A stretch of 64,000 bases of DNA from a virus: positions 18,046 to 82,045 of the IMG/VR virus record IMGVR_UViG_3300037587_000923; one strand, 5' to 3'. This document shows positions 9,646 to 20,909 of the stretch, piece by piece; position 1 is the first letter of the stretch; each line of letters opens with the position of its first letter. The notes beneath the pieces are model-generated. The model worked only from the letters and a program-made list of their open reading frames with translations, did not search any database and was not told the DNA's origin. The position numbers and the translations under genes were made by a program.

Positions 9646-10059
9646 TTATCGACTTGCTTCGACATTAATGTTAAGATTACCAGATCTCGGCACAACTCTC
9701 AAATTACTAATAACAGGATCTTCGTCAGCAAACTTATAGTATGCTCCGCCTGGAATAGGTATGCCATTCATTGTGCTATTATTATCGAATGTGTAGTTTG
9801 GACTGGCATAGATAATAATACTTCCGTTATTTTTTATCCAACCTTTGTCGGCAGGTACGCCCATGTCCCTCAGAAAGTCAAACTCCAAAGTAGTAGTTGA
9901 AGTCACATTTTCATAGTGTTGTCTGATTATTGATCGATTTACCGAGCTATCAACAATATACCCGGTTACGTCCTTGGATTCAGCCATGGTTGTGAATAGA
10001 AGTGCGATCGCTATGGCCATAAATAATCCGCATGTTAATTTGTAGTCTGTCAGTTTCAT
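9646..10059 (-). CDS. Signal-peptide beta-sandwich protein
   Basis: N-terminal hydrophobic signal, RBS GGAGG. Confidence 0.55.
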   Translation of the reverse strand: MKLTDYKLTCGLFMAIAIALLFTTMAESKDVTGYIVDSSVNRSIIRQHYENVTSTTTLEFDFLRDMGVPADKGWIKNNGSIIIYASPNYTFDNNSTMNGIPIPGGAYYKFADEDPVISNLRVVPRSGNLNINVEASR

Positions 10060-10082
10060 TGAACCTCCTTTATTAGCGTACG

Positions 10083-11111
10083 TTATATTTCACTCAATCT
10101 TTTTGTAGATACCCCAGGTATTACCTTCGATGCCTCGATAAAATTCTCAACGGCAAACCGCACCGTTGCCCCCTGCACGATATCCCAATAAATTAAACCG
10201 GTGACAGAATCATATACTTCCGTTATGTCTACACCAGAATGGAGCTTCCCGTCTATATCGTAAGGTAGCTTGGTGATTACGGCATTAGCGCTTACTGTTG
10301 TAGGTTTCGTTACTCCATCTGGCAAAAAGAGATATTCATAGACTCTACAAACATCAGGGTCAGCTGGTGCCGATATAACCAACGGCGTTCCATAAAAAGG
10401 TGGTGTTGCGTCTGCTGTAACAACTAGGGTATCAGGCACAGTAAATATCACACCAGCTTTTCGGAATACCAGCTTGTAAGTCCCATCATCCAAACCCACT
10501 GTCCACTGTCCATTTGTGTCGGTTATAACTCCACCGAGAAATAAAGACTGATCACTATTGTAAATAGATATCGCTACATCAGCTATGGGGGTAGTAGTCG
10601 CTGTTTCATATAGTTGGAAAGTTATCGCTCTGTCTCCAGTTAACAATGGGTTAGCTGTCCAGTTATCCCTGATCGCCTCCAAGCTATCTGTGGTCTGGTC
10701 AAAAGCTCTGCTTATGTCTTTATTTCTCATTGTATCGAGGAGGCCTCTTATGGTTCCTGTGGCATAGCTTGAAGATGCCGGCACATAAACTTCTCCGGTA
10801 AACTCATGAACCTCAAAGTCTGATCCTACATATGTTCCGGTATTTTGGAAGTAAATCTCATACTCTTCAGAGGTTGAATCAATATGTGTGATATCAATAC
10901 CATAAGCTCCGGCCTGATTGGTTGCGTCAATTTCAGCCATAGCAATGTCATTATACCCCGCCAGCCATGCTATCTTTGTATCATCCATCCACTCCCCGGT
11001 AGATCTTTTCTTGATGGACACGGTAGGCGTTTCACCTGTCACCCCTAGTCCGTTATCGGTTATGAAAAATCTCAGACTGACTGTATCTCCCATTCCGTGT
11101 TTAATATCCAT
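10083..11111 (-). CDS. Tail or virion-associated protein with Ig/carboxypeptidase-regulatory-like domain
   Basis: TDTNGQWTV.LDDGTY.L.F motif; position in the tail module. Confidence 0.55.
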   Translation of the reverse strand: MDIKHGMGDTVSLRFFITDNGLGVTGETPTVSIKKRSTGEWMDDTKIAWLAGYNDIAMAEIDATNQAGAYGIDITHIDSTSEEYEIYFQNTGTYVGSDFEVHEFTGEVYVPASSSYATGTIRGLLDTMRNKDISRAFDQTTDSLEAIRDNWTANPLLTGDRAITFQLYETATTTPIADVAISIYNSDQSLFLGGVITDTNGQWTVGLDDGTYKLVFRKAGVIFTVPDTLVVTADATPPFYGTPLVISAPADPDVCRVYEYLFLPDGVTKPTTVSANAVITKLPYDIDGKLHSGVDITEVYDSVTGLIYWDIVQGATVRFAVENFIEASKVIPGVSTKRLSEI

Positions 11112-12046
11112 TATTCAGTATCCCCTATTTTGGTAAGACTAAGGTTTGTTACAACACTGTATACTATGTCTCCGTCACAGTCAGAAGTATAGCGGAAATC
11201 GAGGCGGTCATCAATATTCAGATAGACGGGATAAACTACACCGGCTACTATTCTTGAGTTTTTTGATATTATCCGTATTTGGTCTAAAGAAATGGCAGGA
11301 TCCTTAACCTGACCACTACTGATATGGGTAATCCTGACCTTTACCGGATTCCCCGCATCTATAAAAGTCCCCGAATGTGGAAAATGATATCTCCTGAAAC
11401 TATCATAGTCATCACCAATATCCTTCATATCGTCAAATACGATAGTATCGGAAACAAAATCTATCCAGTCAGAAGTATTATAATCCCATGCACTCCATTT
11501 TTTATAATGAGTTGTAAAGTGGACATATTTACCCCATACCTCAAAAAATTCCGGAATTTGCTCTGTAGTAAAATCAAATGTATACACAAAGCCAGGTGCG
11601 GCATTTATTTCTGTGCCTATTAACCAATTGTGGTCTGCCTGGGCAAGCAGAGATACACCCCCAGTCAATACCCCCACTTGCCCAGTAGGATCAATACCAG
11701 ATGGATATACAGGCCCGCTAAGCGGCATTATTACTAAACCTTTGTGGGCAGGTAATACGGTGGGACTACCTGCATCAGGAGTCCTGAATATTCCCATGTC
11801 TACTTGATGTCCAGCAGGGGCGAATATAACGGTCTTATATGCTAAGTCATACCATCCTGCTTTTTTAACAACAAGTTGTTTATTTGTGTCGTCATATTCC
11901 AAAAAGTCTGTGCCTGCGACTGAGTTGCCATCAGGTGTAACCCACTGATAATATGTCCCGGCAGTTATTATAGTTACAGGACTGCCTGTGGCATTGTATT
12001 CATACATCCCACCATATATTGGAGAGTGTTTTTCAAGTTCGCCCAT
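11111..12046 (-). CDS. Putative tail fibre or virion protein
   Basis: Translationally coupled within the tail module, beta-rich. Confidence 0.5.
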   Translation of the reverse strand: MGELEKHSPIYGGMYEYNATGSPVTIITAGTYYQWVTPDGNSVAGTDFLEYDDTNKQLVVKKAGWYDLAYKTVIFAPAGHQVDMGIFRTPDAGSPTVLPAHKGLVIMPLSGPVYPSGIDPTGQVGVLTGGVSLLAQADHNWLIGTEINAAPGFVYTFDFTTEQIPEFFEVWGKYVHFTTHYKKWSAWDYNTSDWIDFVSDTIVFDDMKDIGDDYDSFRRYHFPHSGTFIDAGNPVKVRITHISSGQVKDPAISLDQIRIISKNSRIVAGVVYPVYLNIDDRLDFRYTSDCDGDIVYSVVTNLSLTKIGDTE

Positions 12047-12492
12047 CAGAGCACCGCCTTTATCTGTTTAAGACTATCAGTATTGGTATCAAAGCCTGTA
12101 CCTTGTATCGCCGCAAGGGCGGAGGCAAGGGCAGCACCGGATCTATTCTCGATGGAAAATTCAGCTATTACTGCAACCACTGTCTGACCATCAACCGTTT
12201 CGTCTGGGGTCAAAACAACTTTATAATCAGAGCCAGTCGCCCAGAAGCCAATATCTCCTGTGTTGTTGGATGTATCTATATCTACGTGGTGAAGACCGAT
12301 AATAGAATCAAAAGGGCTGGTCATTATAATTCCATTGGTGGTTGTTTTTTGGGCCGCATTTCCGTCTTTATATATTTTGAGATCGGCAGCCTCAAAAGCA
12401 TCAGAGGGAGCTACTGCCCCCCCTCTGGAATCATTGGTAGTGAAATCAAGCCTTATTGTTTCATCTTCTACAAAATCACCCAGGTAATTCAT
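12046..12492 (-). CDS. Virion-associated protein
   Basis: Coupled ORF; ends TDSLKQIK, resembling TDSLEAIR in 10083-11111. Confidence 0.55.
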   Translation of the reverse strand: MNYLGDFVEDETIRLDFTTNDSRGGAVAPSDAFEAADLKIYKDGNAAQKTTTNGIIMTSPFDSIIGLHHVDIDTSNNTGDIGFWATGSDYKVVLTPDETVDGQTVVAVIAEFSIENRSGAALASALAAIQGTGFDTNTDSLKQIKAVL

Positions 12493-13235
12493 ATTATTAG
12501 TCCCCTTTGTGCAAGTCCGTTATTTATAAGTCCGCCGTTAACTATGGACATATTTGCTGCTGATACCAATTCAAATACTGCCCCATCATTCCAAAGTTCA
12601 CCCATCTCACCCTCTACTAACTGACCAACTGAAATGCCCCCATCTGTGAGTTGCCTTGTAAAATAATTAGCCTCATCTAATTCACTTGGATAATATGTTC
12701 CATCATTAGTATTTCTACTAAACCATAAATCATGTGTATTGTGAGCAAGGCTTCCACCTCCGACACTTATTCTTAAATATCCATCTATATATAGCTTGTG
12801 GCTAGTCAAGCTATGACTACATGCTACCCAATGCCAACCCGTACTTCCTATTGCATAACTTGCATTATAAGCTGGCCAAGTTGATCCATTTCCTGCTTGA
12901 AAATAAAATTGGCTTCCAGTAGGATGAAAAAACGTGGCATACCCAGACTTGGAGGGAACATTGTGCTTCCCGATCACCGCTTGTAAAGTTATCAGGTTTG
13001 GTAAATATATCAATCCCACAAAAGTAAATTCATTCTGTTTGAAATCGATATGGTCTGCTACCGCACCAAAGTTATCTATACCGTCCCATCTTCCATTATG
13101 GGAACCCAGTCTTGGATATGAATCATCAAAGATGGCTCCAGTATTGGATATGGGATGATTCCCTTTTGCGTCGGCCCAGGTATTATTAAAACGCCAAATA
13201 GCCCTTGCATCGTTATATAGAACAGCTAAAGACAT
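12489..13235 (-). CDS. LamG/concanavalin-like domain protein
   Basis: WHWVA...KLYIDG...LDE pattern. Confidence 0.75.
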   Translation of the reverse strand: MSLAVLYNDARAIWRFNNTWADAKGNHPISNTGAIFDDSYPRLGSHNGRWDGIDNFGAVADHIDFKQNEFTFVGLIYLPNLITLQAVIGKHNVPSKSGYATFFHPTGSQFYFQAGNGSTWPAYNASYAIGSTGWHWVACSHSLTSHKLYIDGYLRISVGGGSLAHNTHDLWFSRNTNDGTYYPSELDEANYFTRQLTDGGISVGQLVEGEMGELWNDGAVFELVSAANMSIVNGGLINNGLAQRGLII

Positions 13236-13269
13236 TATGCTTCCTCTATACCTCCATCTTCAATTTCAT

Positions 13270-14838
13270 CTAAGCGGCCTGCATTTCTAAATCATTCAAA
13301 GCTTTATCATAAAATCGCAGATTTCGCAAGTGCCCGAAGAGATAATCTGCCGAACCGTTATTGCCTAGGGCGATGCTGGTGCCGCTCCCTGTTACAGAGG
13401 TTGCAGCCTGTTGCGCCTTTCTCGTACCATCCTGCCAGAGATTAAAATTCGTTTCGTTATGCACCATACCGAGGCGATATTTAGTTCTTCCTGAGAGCGC
13501 TGCAGATGTGGTGGAGTTGCTATTCCCATAGAAGACTGACCATTCACCTGAGCCTTCGTTTGCCCTGAGCCTCCTGTGGGTTTCACCCTCTATGCTTATA
13601 ACAGTCTGGACATCAGCTGATCCCTGCTTGCCAAGCATGTCCACATCGATCAACCAAGTCTCGGGCTTGTTCGGCTCTATGATATTGTCTATGAAGGCGA
13701 CGCTGTAATTATCGGCCGTCCTTGCGACAGTTGATGCCGTTGTCGGGATATAACTCGATGCAAAAGGAAGCTCCTCCATTTGCGCCCCCCATGCATAGAT
13801 GCCAGATGAGCCATCGCCCTGATAACTAACTTCTTCATCCGCAGTCGCCATGTAAATCCAGAAGGTCACGACTCCTGATGACGATCCCATGTCTGGGACC
13901 TCTACAGCGCAGCGATAAAAACCGTTGGCAACAGGGGTCATTGATGCAGTAAATCCATCATCGACAGTACCTATCACGCCATTGGCAAGATCAAACCATG
14001 CGTCTGCGGTTGCAAAATCTTTGGTTCTTATTGTTAATCGTGCCCAGGCTCTTTCTCCTTGCTTTAAATACACTGACCCGGCCGCAGGCGCATTATCTGT
14101 TATGGCTGCCGGCAACTGATTAACATGATGCTTTCCATCGGAACCGTCTTCCACAATCTTCTCTGCCGTAGTTGTGTCATCAGGGGCGTCAGTGCTGTTT
14201 GTAACTGTGGAGCAACTCATTTTTGACCAAATCCCATTGTTGATTTCCTCAGAGTAGATCAGCTTATTCTCGCTGGGCCCCTCGATCAGGATCCCGATGC
14301 TATCGTCGACCATACGCTCGTAACGTGGCGTGTCGATAGCGGCAGACTTAACGAGACTATCCTGGGAGTCAATGTATGTGCCGGTTGTTGATCTGGTGAA
14401 GGTCTCTGAGCCTGATAGCCTCAAGGCATCAGCAGCACGGCGCATCGGTATGTGGACAAGGGGATCGGAGATGTTACCGATCATCCCGCTATATAGGGCC
14501 CCCATGTCAGTATCGATCTTATTGAAGGTTTGCTCTCTTAGAAAATCCATAGATCCGGCATCGCCCATATTGGGCAGGGCATAGCTTCGATTGACGCTGA
14601 AGTCTCTCTGAATTACATAACTCTGGCCACTAACAGTTGACCCTGCGTAATTGGATGACAGTGTGATCTGGGTATCGCTATCGACTGAGCCTACTACATA
14701 TGTGGCGTCACCATCTATGCTGAGCTTGAGTATATCGCCGACAGATACATTGGCCAACCATAGAGTACCTGTCCCAGCAACAACAGCAGAACCATTTGTT
14801 ACTGCGGCGACACCGTCCGTATATTGCATAGTGGGCAT
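13270..14838 (-). CDS. Tail fibre or head-spike protein with LamG-like C-terminus
   Basis: TFTRSTTGTY..., GILIEG..ENKL, WGAQ.E....SSYIPT, GHLRNLRFY motifs. Confidence 0.75.
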   Translation of the reverse strand: MPTMQYTDGVAAVTNGSAVVAGTGTLWLANVSVGDILKLSIDGDATYVVGSVDSDTQITLSSNYAGSTVSGQSYVIQRDFSVNRSYALPNMGDAGSMDFLREQTFNKIDTDMGALYSGMIGNISDPLVHIPMRRAADALRLSGSETFTRSTTGTYIDSQDSLVKSAAIDTPRYERMVDDSIGILIEGPSENKLIYSEEINNGIWSKMSCSTVTNSTDAPDDTTTAEKIVEDGSDGKHHVNQLPAAITDNAPAAGSVYLKQGERAWARLTIRTKDFATADAWFDLANGVIGTVDDGFTASMTPVANGFYRCAVEVPDMGSSSGVVTFWIYMATADEEVSYQGDGSSGIYAWGAQMEELPFASSYIPTTASTVARTADNYSVAFIDNIIEPNKPETWLIDVDMLGKQGSADVQTVISIEGETHRRLRANEGSGEWSVFYGNSNSTTSAALSGRTKYRLGMVHNETNFNLWQDGTRKAQQAATSVTGSGTSIALGNNGSADYLFGHLRNLRFYDKALNDLEMQAA

Positions 14839-14839
14839 A

Positions 14840-15019
14840 TCAATTCTCCTTCTTTTTTAGCTTCGCCATCTCTTCCTTTAGCTCCTCTATCTCCTTGTCC
14901 TTCTGTTCCATCTGGACTGTGGCATCTACGAATTTCTGGTTGAGTTCCAGCAACATCTCATCTCTTTCCGCTATAATGCTTGTCAACATCTGTTCTATCT
15001 GAAGTTCTTTAATATGCAT
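14840..15019 (-). CDS. Small coiled-coil protein (possible fibre chaperone)
   Basis: 59-aa ORF MHIKELQIEQ... with RBS AGGAGGAG; below the ORF-track cutoff. Confidence 0.6.
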   Translation of the reverse strand: MHIKELQIEQMLTSIIAERDEMLLELNQKFVDATVQMEQKDKEIEELKEEMAKLKKKEN

Positions 15020-15030
15020 CTCTCCTCCTT

Positions 15031-18000
15031 TTAAGCAGGCGCAAGCGTTGTTGCGGTTCCACTGGTTCCTACATATATCAATGCTCCGTTCTTTGTAGCC
15101 AATCTCCCATAAGTTCCACTTGTACCAGGTGTGCTGCTTTGAGACAACAATTCGATTATCCCTCCCCCTATCGCCCGGAGGGATATATTCCCATCACCGA
15201 CAAGGCCTGGATTTCCTTTCCCAACTACACCTATACTATTTGTGCTTTCCCCATAAACACCATAGTTATCAGTACTCTTTCCCCCAACTCCGCGAGAAGA
15301 AGTACTGAGTCCATAAACACCAAAAGAACTTGTACTTTGGCCTAAGACTCCTGTGCCACTGGTGTTGTCTCCATAAACTCCAACTGTCCCGGCTCCATTG
15401 CCCAAGCCTTTAACTCCGCCGCTGGTGCCAGCCCCGGTGGTTTGGCCAACAACCCCATGGTTAGAACTGCTACTGGTACTGCCTACAATGCCATCATTTG
15501 AGATGCTTAGGGCGCTTATAGCTCGCGCGGAACCGCTTAGGGCACGAAGAGCAATTCTGGTGCTATTGGCAGTGCCGAAGTAGCCGATTATATTGTCTGG
15601 TCCCTCCGTCCTGATCCCTATTGAGACGAGCTCCTCAATAGCTCCATCACCCCTGTTGCCGTAAAATCTCTGCTCACTCAAGGCTTCATCCATCAGGATA
15701 TTTTTTAAAGCAGGGATCACCGTTGAGTTGGTTGGATTGACCAGTAGCCCACTACAGCCTGTCAGCTGATCTCCCGATTTCCCAGTCCAACTAAAAGCAT
15801 CCCTGTCATTTGTCGTTCCCAATACCCACCCACTACCTGAGGTAGGGAAATCAGAAACATCTTGAAGGGCAAGGGTGGACTGTGCTGCCGATATTGAGCT
15901 CGGGTTATAACTTCCTTTCGTATGGTACTTTAAAGACTTAAGAGTTCCAGCCTGAATATCATCAGCATTAAGAGCGCCTCTTATATTCAAGACTGACCCG
16001 TCCCAGCTCAGATAATTAGTAGCATCACCTATCTCAAACTTGGCCTTATTGCTATCACTGTCGTCTATGCCAAGTATAAATCCTGCAGTGCTATCACCAA
16101 AGGCTGTCTTACCAGCCTGTATTGCTACATCACCAGTGGCTTCAGTAATTGCAAGAGTGATAACCTGAGAAGTTATGGTGCCAGCAGTAAGTTTATCTAC
16201 GGCAAGATCGTTTATCTTGGCATTGTTCACCGCAAGGTCTTCTATGTGGGCCGTCTGTACAGCCAGCTCTTGGATATAAGCCGATCCTATTACCTGATTC
16301 GCTATGGCATTCCATGCGAGGTCATGAGATCCACTTATATTGGTAGAAATAATGAACTGGCCATCAGAGAGGATAGGGTTTGTGTCTGAAGTTGAATAAG
16401 TCGTGCCACCGGTCCAGTAGATATATTTCTTGTCAGTATTTCCGCCCGTGATGCTGTATTCGGCACCATCATAGTAAAGTTTATGAGCATTCCACGTTAC
16501 ATAGTTTGCGGATGGCGAATCATCTGTCCAGCTATCTGCATCAAGAATAGGTATCTTCGTAAATATCTTGGAGGCTGTGATGGCGAAGTCATTGATATCA
16601 GTAGGCTCTACATTGAGTCCCTGAGCCGTTCCGTTAGCTGTGTCGGCGGAAGATTCCTGGCCGAACAGATCGACAGTTTTTACTTCAATAGTAATTACTT
16701 CGTCGGCCTCGGCTGTTATTAAAACTTCATTGCTATGTGTCTCTATCCATGAGCCAAAAGCGCCGGCGTCTATCTTATACCTATATTCGTAATGTGACAG
16801 GTCGGCATCTGTACTCTTTGCCCAGCTAAATTGAACGGAATCCATCCATTGACTTGATGCCAGCCCTGTAGGCGTTGTCGGGGTCGGATTCGTAAAAGTG
16901 CCCGTCACAGAGCCAGAGGCATTGTTGTAGATATCGTATGTTTTTAGGGCATAAGTGATGGATGGGTCAGCGCTCCCATTGTCCTGTATATTCTCATCGA
17001 GAGCATAGGCGTACTGTGCGTCTGTAAGCTTTATCTCTTTACTGCCGAGAGTTAGGCTGTGATAATTGAAATCGGTTTCTGTGGCCTCGGTCCATGAAAG
17101 CACGAGATCTCTGCCATTAAAATCTGAGGTGAGGCCTGTTGGATTTGCTGGTGCCGCCTGGCTTATTGTAATTTCGATATAGTCAGATACTCTATTGAAT
17201 TGATTCCACCGCCTGACCTTAAGCGCTACCGTTCCGTTGGCAGTAATTACCAGGCTATCAAGAAAATCTTCATAGCCATCTCCGTAGATATATTCGTATC
17301 TTAGCTCTCTTGTGGTGAAGGAGTGCTGGAGACTGTCTGATATCCATATCTCTACTTCATCGTATAGCCAATAGGGGTCGACGCCTACGCCACCTGCTCC
17401 TTGTAGCTCTCGTCCTGCAGGCTCACGCCCAGCTCCGCCTGTCTGTGAGGCACCCCTCCACTTGATCGCAAAGCGAAGTCCGTCCCAAGTATAGTTCATA
17501 GGGTCTGAGGCGCCTTCAAGTTGGAGGCCTGATGGTGTGGCTGGATCTACGGCTTGGCCATCTATCAGATTGGAGATTATGGGGGCAGTAGAGGCGTCCG
17601 CATAAATATTATTGGTACTGATCGAGACCACTCTGGCAGTCACAGTCTGGCCGACTTGGAATCTCCCTTGAGTTGCATCTATAGTGAAGCCAGTGCCCCT
17701 TGAAGTATCTTCTCCATAGTCAACATAGCTAGAACCTCCATCTGTGCTTATCTGGATTAGCGCCTTGTCCCAGAATATATTATCTTGTGGCAGATCATAG
17801 ATCAGGGTGAGGGTGGGCACGTAAGCACCATCATTATTGAAATATCCGTCTTCGGAAAGCGAGAGGTTAGTTGCATCATCAGGCGTAACAAAAGGCTTAG
17901 GTAGCGTTGTGAAAACTGAGACCTCTGGGATTATATCATTGATCGCATAAAACGCATCGTCGTAAAGCTCGAAAATATACGACACCTCTTCGTTTTCACT

Positions 18001-20490
18001 CTCTGACGCCTCATTAATCCTAAATTCCAAATCCACCCATCCGGGCAGATTGTGTGTTACTTTCACCACATCTCCCACTGTTAGGATCAAGGAGTCCATA
18101 AGCCCGGTAAGTGAACAATGAAGGTTGCCTTCGATGGCTTTTCTGCCTTCCTTCTCCGCAATATTGGCGGCTTGCCGGTATGTTGCTATTGCCCTGCCGT
18201 CTATCTGCTTATCTATGATCCTGTCCACCTTGTCCTGATGATCATAGTCGTTATATATAGCTGTCTCCTCAGGGAATGATTGTATGCCTTGAAATAGAGG
18301 ATAGCCCTTGGAGTAAGTTTTTTGTGGCGTCCAGTTCACCGTTAATGTGGTTGCGGTCTTGGCTGTATAGGTAATAGCCTCAGCTCCTATATATACAGTA
18401 TCTGTCGCATCTTCTAGGGTTCCTTGCAAGTCACCATATTCTATTGAGGTAGTGAGAACTCCTTCGATATATGACGACGTTATAAGTGCCATAGTCTGTC
18501 TGATCTCATGATCTATATATTTAACGATAAACCTATTAGGGGTCTCATTTACATCGTGCTCGAAATATTCAAAGGATCCCTCTTTAATGTTGTCGGTTAA
18601 TATACATTCCCACTTAACCCCATCGGTTTCAGTTACTGTCTGACCTACCGTCGTTGGCCACGTAGGCTCGCCTTCGGTGTCATTGGTAGTGCCAGCAATA
18701 GTACATTTATATGCATATCCATTCGATACGGTAGGCACGACGGTATCCCCGAGCTCGACAATAGTGTTTGATTGCCATGTAGGATTAGAGGCGTCATCGA
18801 ATATGTGGACCGGCAGTTTATTCGCCAACACTGGGTGACTCCAGACATCCTCTATGTTGAGCGTCGCCTTGCCAGCCGTATAGGTCAAGTATCCTCCGCA
18901 CGACGTTAACATATGCGTTATTATTTCTAGGTCATTTGCCTGTTCTGAGATTACAAGATTCATCTTATAATCGTTGGCCGTACAGACTTGTGCGGCATTG
19001 TAGAACGACACGTAATCTATAAGAGACGAATCCAAGACCTTAGATGCTTTCTCTTCCAGAAAATTTAATATGCACCATGCTGGGTTATTTGACCACTGTT
19101 TCACCGTAGGACTACCGCCAGAGTCATATTCTTGCAGTTTCAAGCCTTTGACCGTAAAGACTACATTGCTTGACTGAGGATCGGCATCTAGTTTGTTGTC
19201 AGGAAACCCGTACAGATTACCAGCGTTACCAGAGTTGACGGCGGCAAAGGCCGTCCTGAAATATCTAAATTCACGGGACAAGAATACCCATCCGAATGGA
19301 ACGGTAGGGAAATCTGACGGCCCTATAGAATTATTTGTTTCATCTCCTAATCTTCCCTCAAACCCATAAGTGTCGGCAAGATCTATGGCGCTCCCATTGA
19401 CAGTGCATCCAGTGATCTCATCTATTTCCCCTTCGCAGATACCATAAAGAGCGCTAACCATAGTCCATTGCTTGCTTGATTCAGCTGTAGGTAGTTCAAC
19501 CGCCTTCGCCAGCAATGTTCCTTGGATTTCGCCCTCTCCATATATAATGGAGAGGGCGTCTCCAGATGGCGAGTACCTTGACCTGTAAGACATGCTTAAT
19601 GTTGTATCATAAGAGCCGCCAGCCCGCCTGTTTGCCAGACTTTTTTTGCTATACGAATTATACCCTGAAAATCTAACAAAATTGCTAAACCCTTGACCGC
19701 ATGTCAGGAAGAATTTATCGCACTCTATGATGTATCTTGATGTGCTATCTATAGCTGCAGAGAATGGCGCCTCGACTGTGAACTTCTTAAGAGTTCCGTC
19801 ATAAGCCGACACCTTTCTTTGCGCTCCTCTGTTTGTGCCCGAGAGGATCTTCATGGTTCCCCTGATCCAATATCCGTCAGTAAATACCCCTAATGCTGTG
19901 TCTGTAAGTGTCGTTATGGTGCCACTTGTAGCGGTTCCTCTTGGCTTTCCATTCCCTGAATTGTAACCACAGGCCTCGCCACAAAAATCCCAGTTGCACT
20001 TAGCCGCAAGCCTACGCCATGGGGTGAACGATCGAGACCGGTCAAATGCGTTGACTATCCTGACCTTAATGTCCATCTCTGAGACTCTTGGCTTGTCCAT
20101 GAAACCAGTGAACTGAAGAATCTTGTCATCGGTAGTCGGGTGGCCATCTATGATGGTTCCGCTTGAATCAAGGAAGACTTTATATATCTCAGCTTTTTGT
20201 CCAGAGAAATCACTGGAGGCGAAGTATGCCGACATAGCTTTGTCAACATTATCTATGGTGACATTGCAGTTATCGGTCTGATTCTTCATGTGCGTCTTGA
20301 TAGAAGAGTGGGTAATCCTGTACGAGGTATAGGTATTGCCTTGAAAGGTGAGATCGCTATCATGGTTGGTTAGGCGCAATATACTTATAACACCTGTGGA
20401 TTTATCTTTTATCTCTATATAATACAGCGTGCGAGGAGTAGTGCCTTCCTTGGCTATCTCTGCTGTTATGGCGGTGGAGAGTGTTCTCAT
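15031..20490 (-). CDS. Central tail fibre / host-specificity protein with fused N-terminal hub (DUF2163/BR0599-like) domain
   Basis: 1819 aa; C.W.F...CG; ICEGEID; NPAWC; FN3-like repeats; Gly-rich C-terminus. Confidence 0.8.
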   Translation of the reverse strand: MRTLSTAITAEIAKEGTTPRTLYYIEIKDKSTGVISILRLTNHDSDLTFQGNTYTSYRITHSSIKTHMKNQTDNCNVTIDNVDKAMSAYFASSDFSGQKAEIYKVFLDSSGTIIDGHPTTDDKILQFTGFMDKPRVSEMDIKVRIVNAFDRSRSFTPWRRLAAKCNWDFCGEACGYNSGNGKPRGTATSGTITTLTDTALGVFTDGYWIRGTMKILSGTNRGAQRKVSAYDGTLKKFTVEAPFSAAIDSTSRYIIECDKFFLTCGQGFSNFVRFSGYNSYSKKSLANRRAGGSYDTTLSMSYRSRYSPSGDALSIIYGEGEIQGTLLAKAVELPTAESSKQWTMVSALYGICEGEIDEITGCTVNGSAIDLADTYGFEGRLGDETNNSIGPSDFPTVPFGWVFLSREFRYFRTAFAAVNSGNAGNLYGFPDNKLDADPQSSNVVFTVKGLKLQEYDSGGSPTVKQWSNNPAWCILNFLEEKASKVLDSSLIDYVSFYNAAQVCTANDYKMNLVISEQANDLEIITHMLTSCGGYLTYTAGKATLNIEDVWSHPVLANKLPVHIFDDASNPTWQSNTIVELGDTVVPTVSNGYAYKCTIAGTTNDTEGEPTWPTTVGQTVTETDGVKWECILTDNIKEGSFEYFEHDVNETPNRFIVKYIDHEIRQTMALITSSYIEGVLTTSIEYGDLQGTLEDATDTVYIGAEAITYTAKTATTLTVNWTPQKTYSKGYPLFQGIQSFPEETAIYNDYDHQDKVDRIIDKQIDGRAIATYRQAANIAEKEGRKAIEGNLHCSLTGLMDSLILTVGDVVKVTHNLPGWVDLEFRINEASESENEEVSYIFELYDDAFYAINDIIPEVSVFTTLPKPFVTPDDATNLSLSEDGYFNNDGAYVPTLTLIYDLPQDNIFWDKALIQISTDGGSSYVDYGEDTSRGTGFTIDATQGRFQVGQTVTARVVSISTNNIYADASTAPIISNLIDGQAVDPATPSGLQLEGASDPMNYTWDGLRFAIKWRGASQTGGAGREPAGRELQGAGGVGVDPYWLYDEVEIWISDSLQHSFTTRELRYEYIYGDGYEDFLDSLVITANGTVALKVRRWNQFNRVSDYIEITISQAAPANPTGLTSDFNGRDLVLSWTEATETDFNYHSLTLGSKEIKLTDAQYAYALDENIQDNGSADPSITYALKTYDIYNNASGSVTGTFTNPTPTTPTGLASSQWMDSVQFSWAKSTDADLSHYEYRYKIDAGAFGSWIETHSNEVLITAEADEVITIEVKTVDLFGQESSADTANGTAQGLNVEPTDINDFAITASKIFTKIPILDADSWTDDSPSANYVTWNAHKLYYDGAEYSITGGNTDKKYIYWTGGTTYSTSDTNPILSDGQFIISTNISGSHDLAWNAIANQVIGSAYIQELAVQTAHIEDLAVNNAKINDLAVDKLTAGTITSQVITLAITEATGDVAIQAGKTAFGDSTAGFILGIDDSDSNKAKFEIGDATNYLSWDGSVLNIRGALNADDIQAGTLKSLKYHTKGSYNPSSISAAQSTLALQDVSDFPTSGSGWVLGTTNDRDAFSWTGKSGDQLTGCSGLLVNPTNSTVIPALKNILMDEALSEQRFYGNRGDGAIEELVSIGIRTEGPDNIIGYFGTANSTRIALRALSGSARAISALSISNDGIVGSTSSSSNHGVVGQTTGAGTSGGVKGLGNGAGTVGVYGDNTSGTGVLGQSTSSFGVYGLSTSSRGVGGKSTDNYGVYGESTNSIGVVGKGNPGLVGDGNISLRAIGGGIIELLSQSSTPGTSGTYGRLATKNGALIYVGTSGTATTLAPA

Positions 20491-20909
20491 AATACCTGAA
20501 TAAAGTTAATTGTTACCTGATGTATCGATTCAGACTGCCATGACCTGCCAAGGCTGTCATCGGTAAAGCGTACCGTGTACGATACGTCGTTCCTGGGGCA
20601 TGTAAATGTAAATGAATTAGTGGGGCCCACACAATAGTCAAAGAAGTCAAAGATGCGGCTTATCTCTTTCTCCGAATAGGAATTGAAGGTGAGCTGCCAT
20701 GTCTTCTTGTTGGTGGACCTCTTTGCCCTTCTTCTCTCTTTACCTGACTCGCCTGTTGAGACAAGGACCTTGTATGAGTGACCGTCAGTATATACAAATT
20801 CAGGGACGATATGCTTGCCACCGGGATCTAAGCTATCAGTGAGATGATCCCAATCACGGACCTCATCTGACCAATCGTATGAGGCTATTGCTGGTGTCGT
20901 CTCTGCCAT
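20487..20909 (-). CDS. Distal tail protein (DUF2460-like)
   Basis: ESGKERR...F....G....F.F..P...Y.VRF; directly after the tape measure gene. Confidence 0.7.
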   Translation of the reverse strand: MAETTPAIASYDWSDEVRDWDHLTDSLDPGGKHIVPEFVYTDGHSYKVLVSTGESGKERRRAKRSTNKKTWQLTFNSYSEKEISRIFDFFDYCVGPTNSFTFTCPRNDVSYTVRFTDDSLGRSWQSESIHQVTINFIQVL

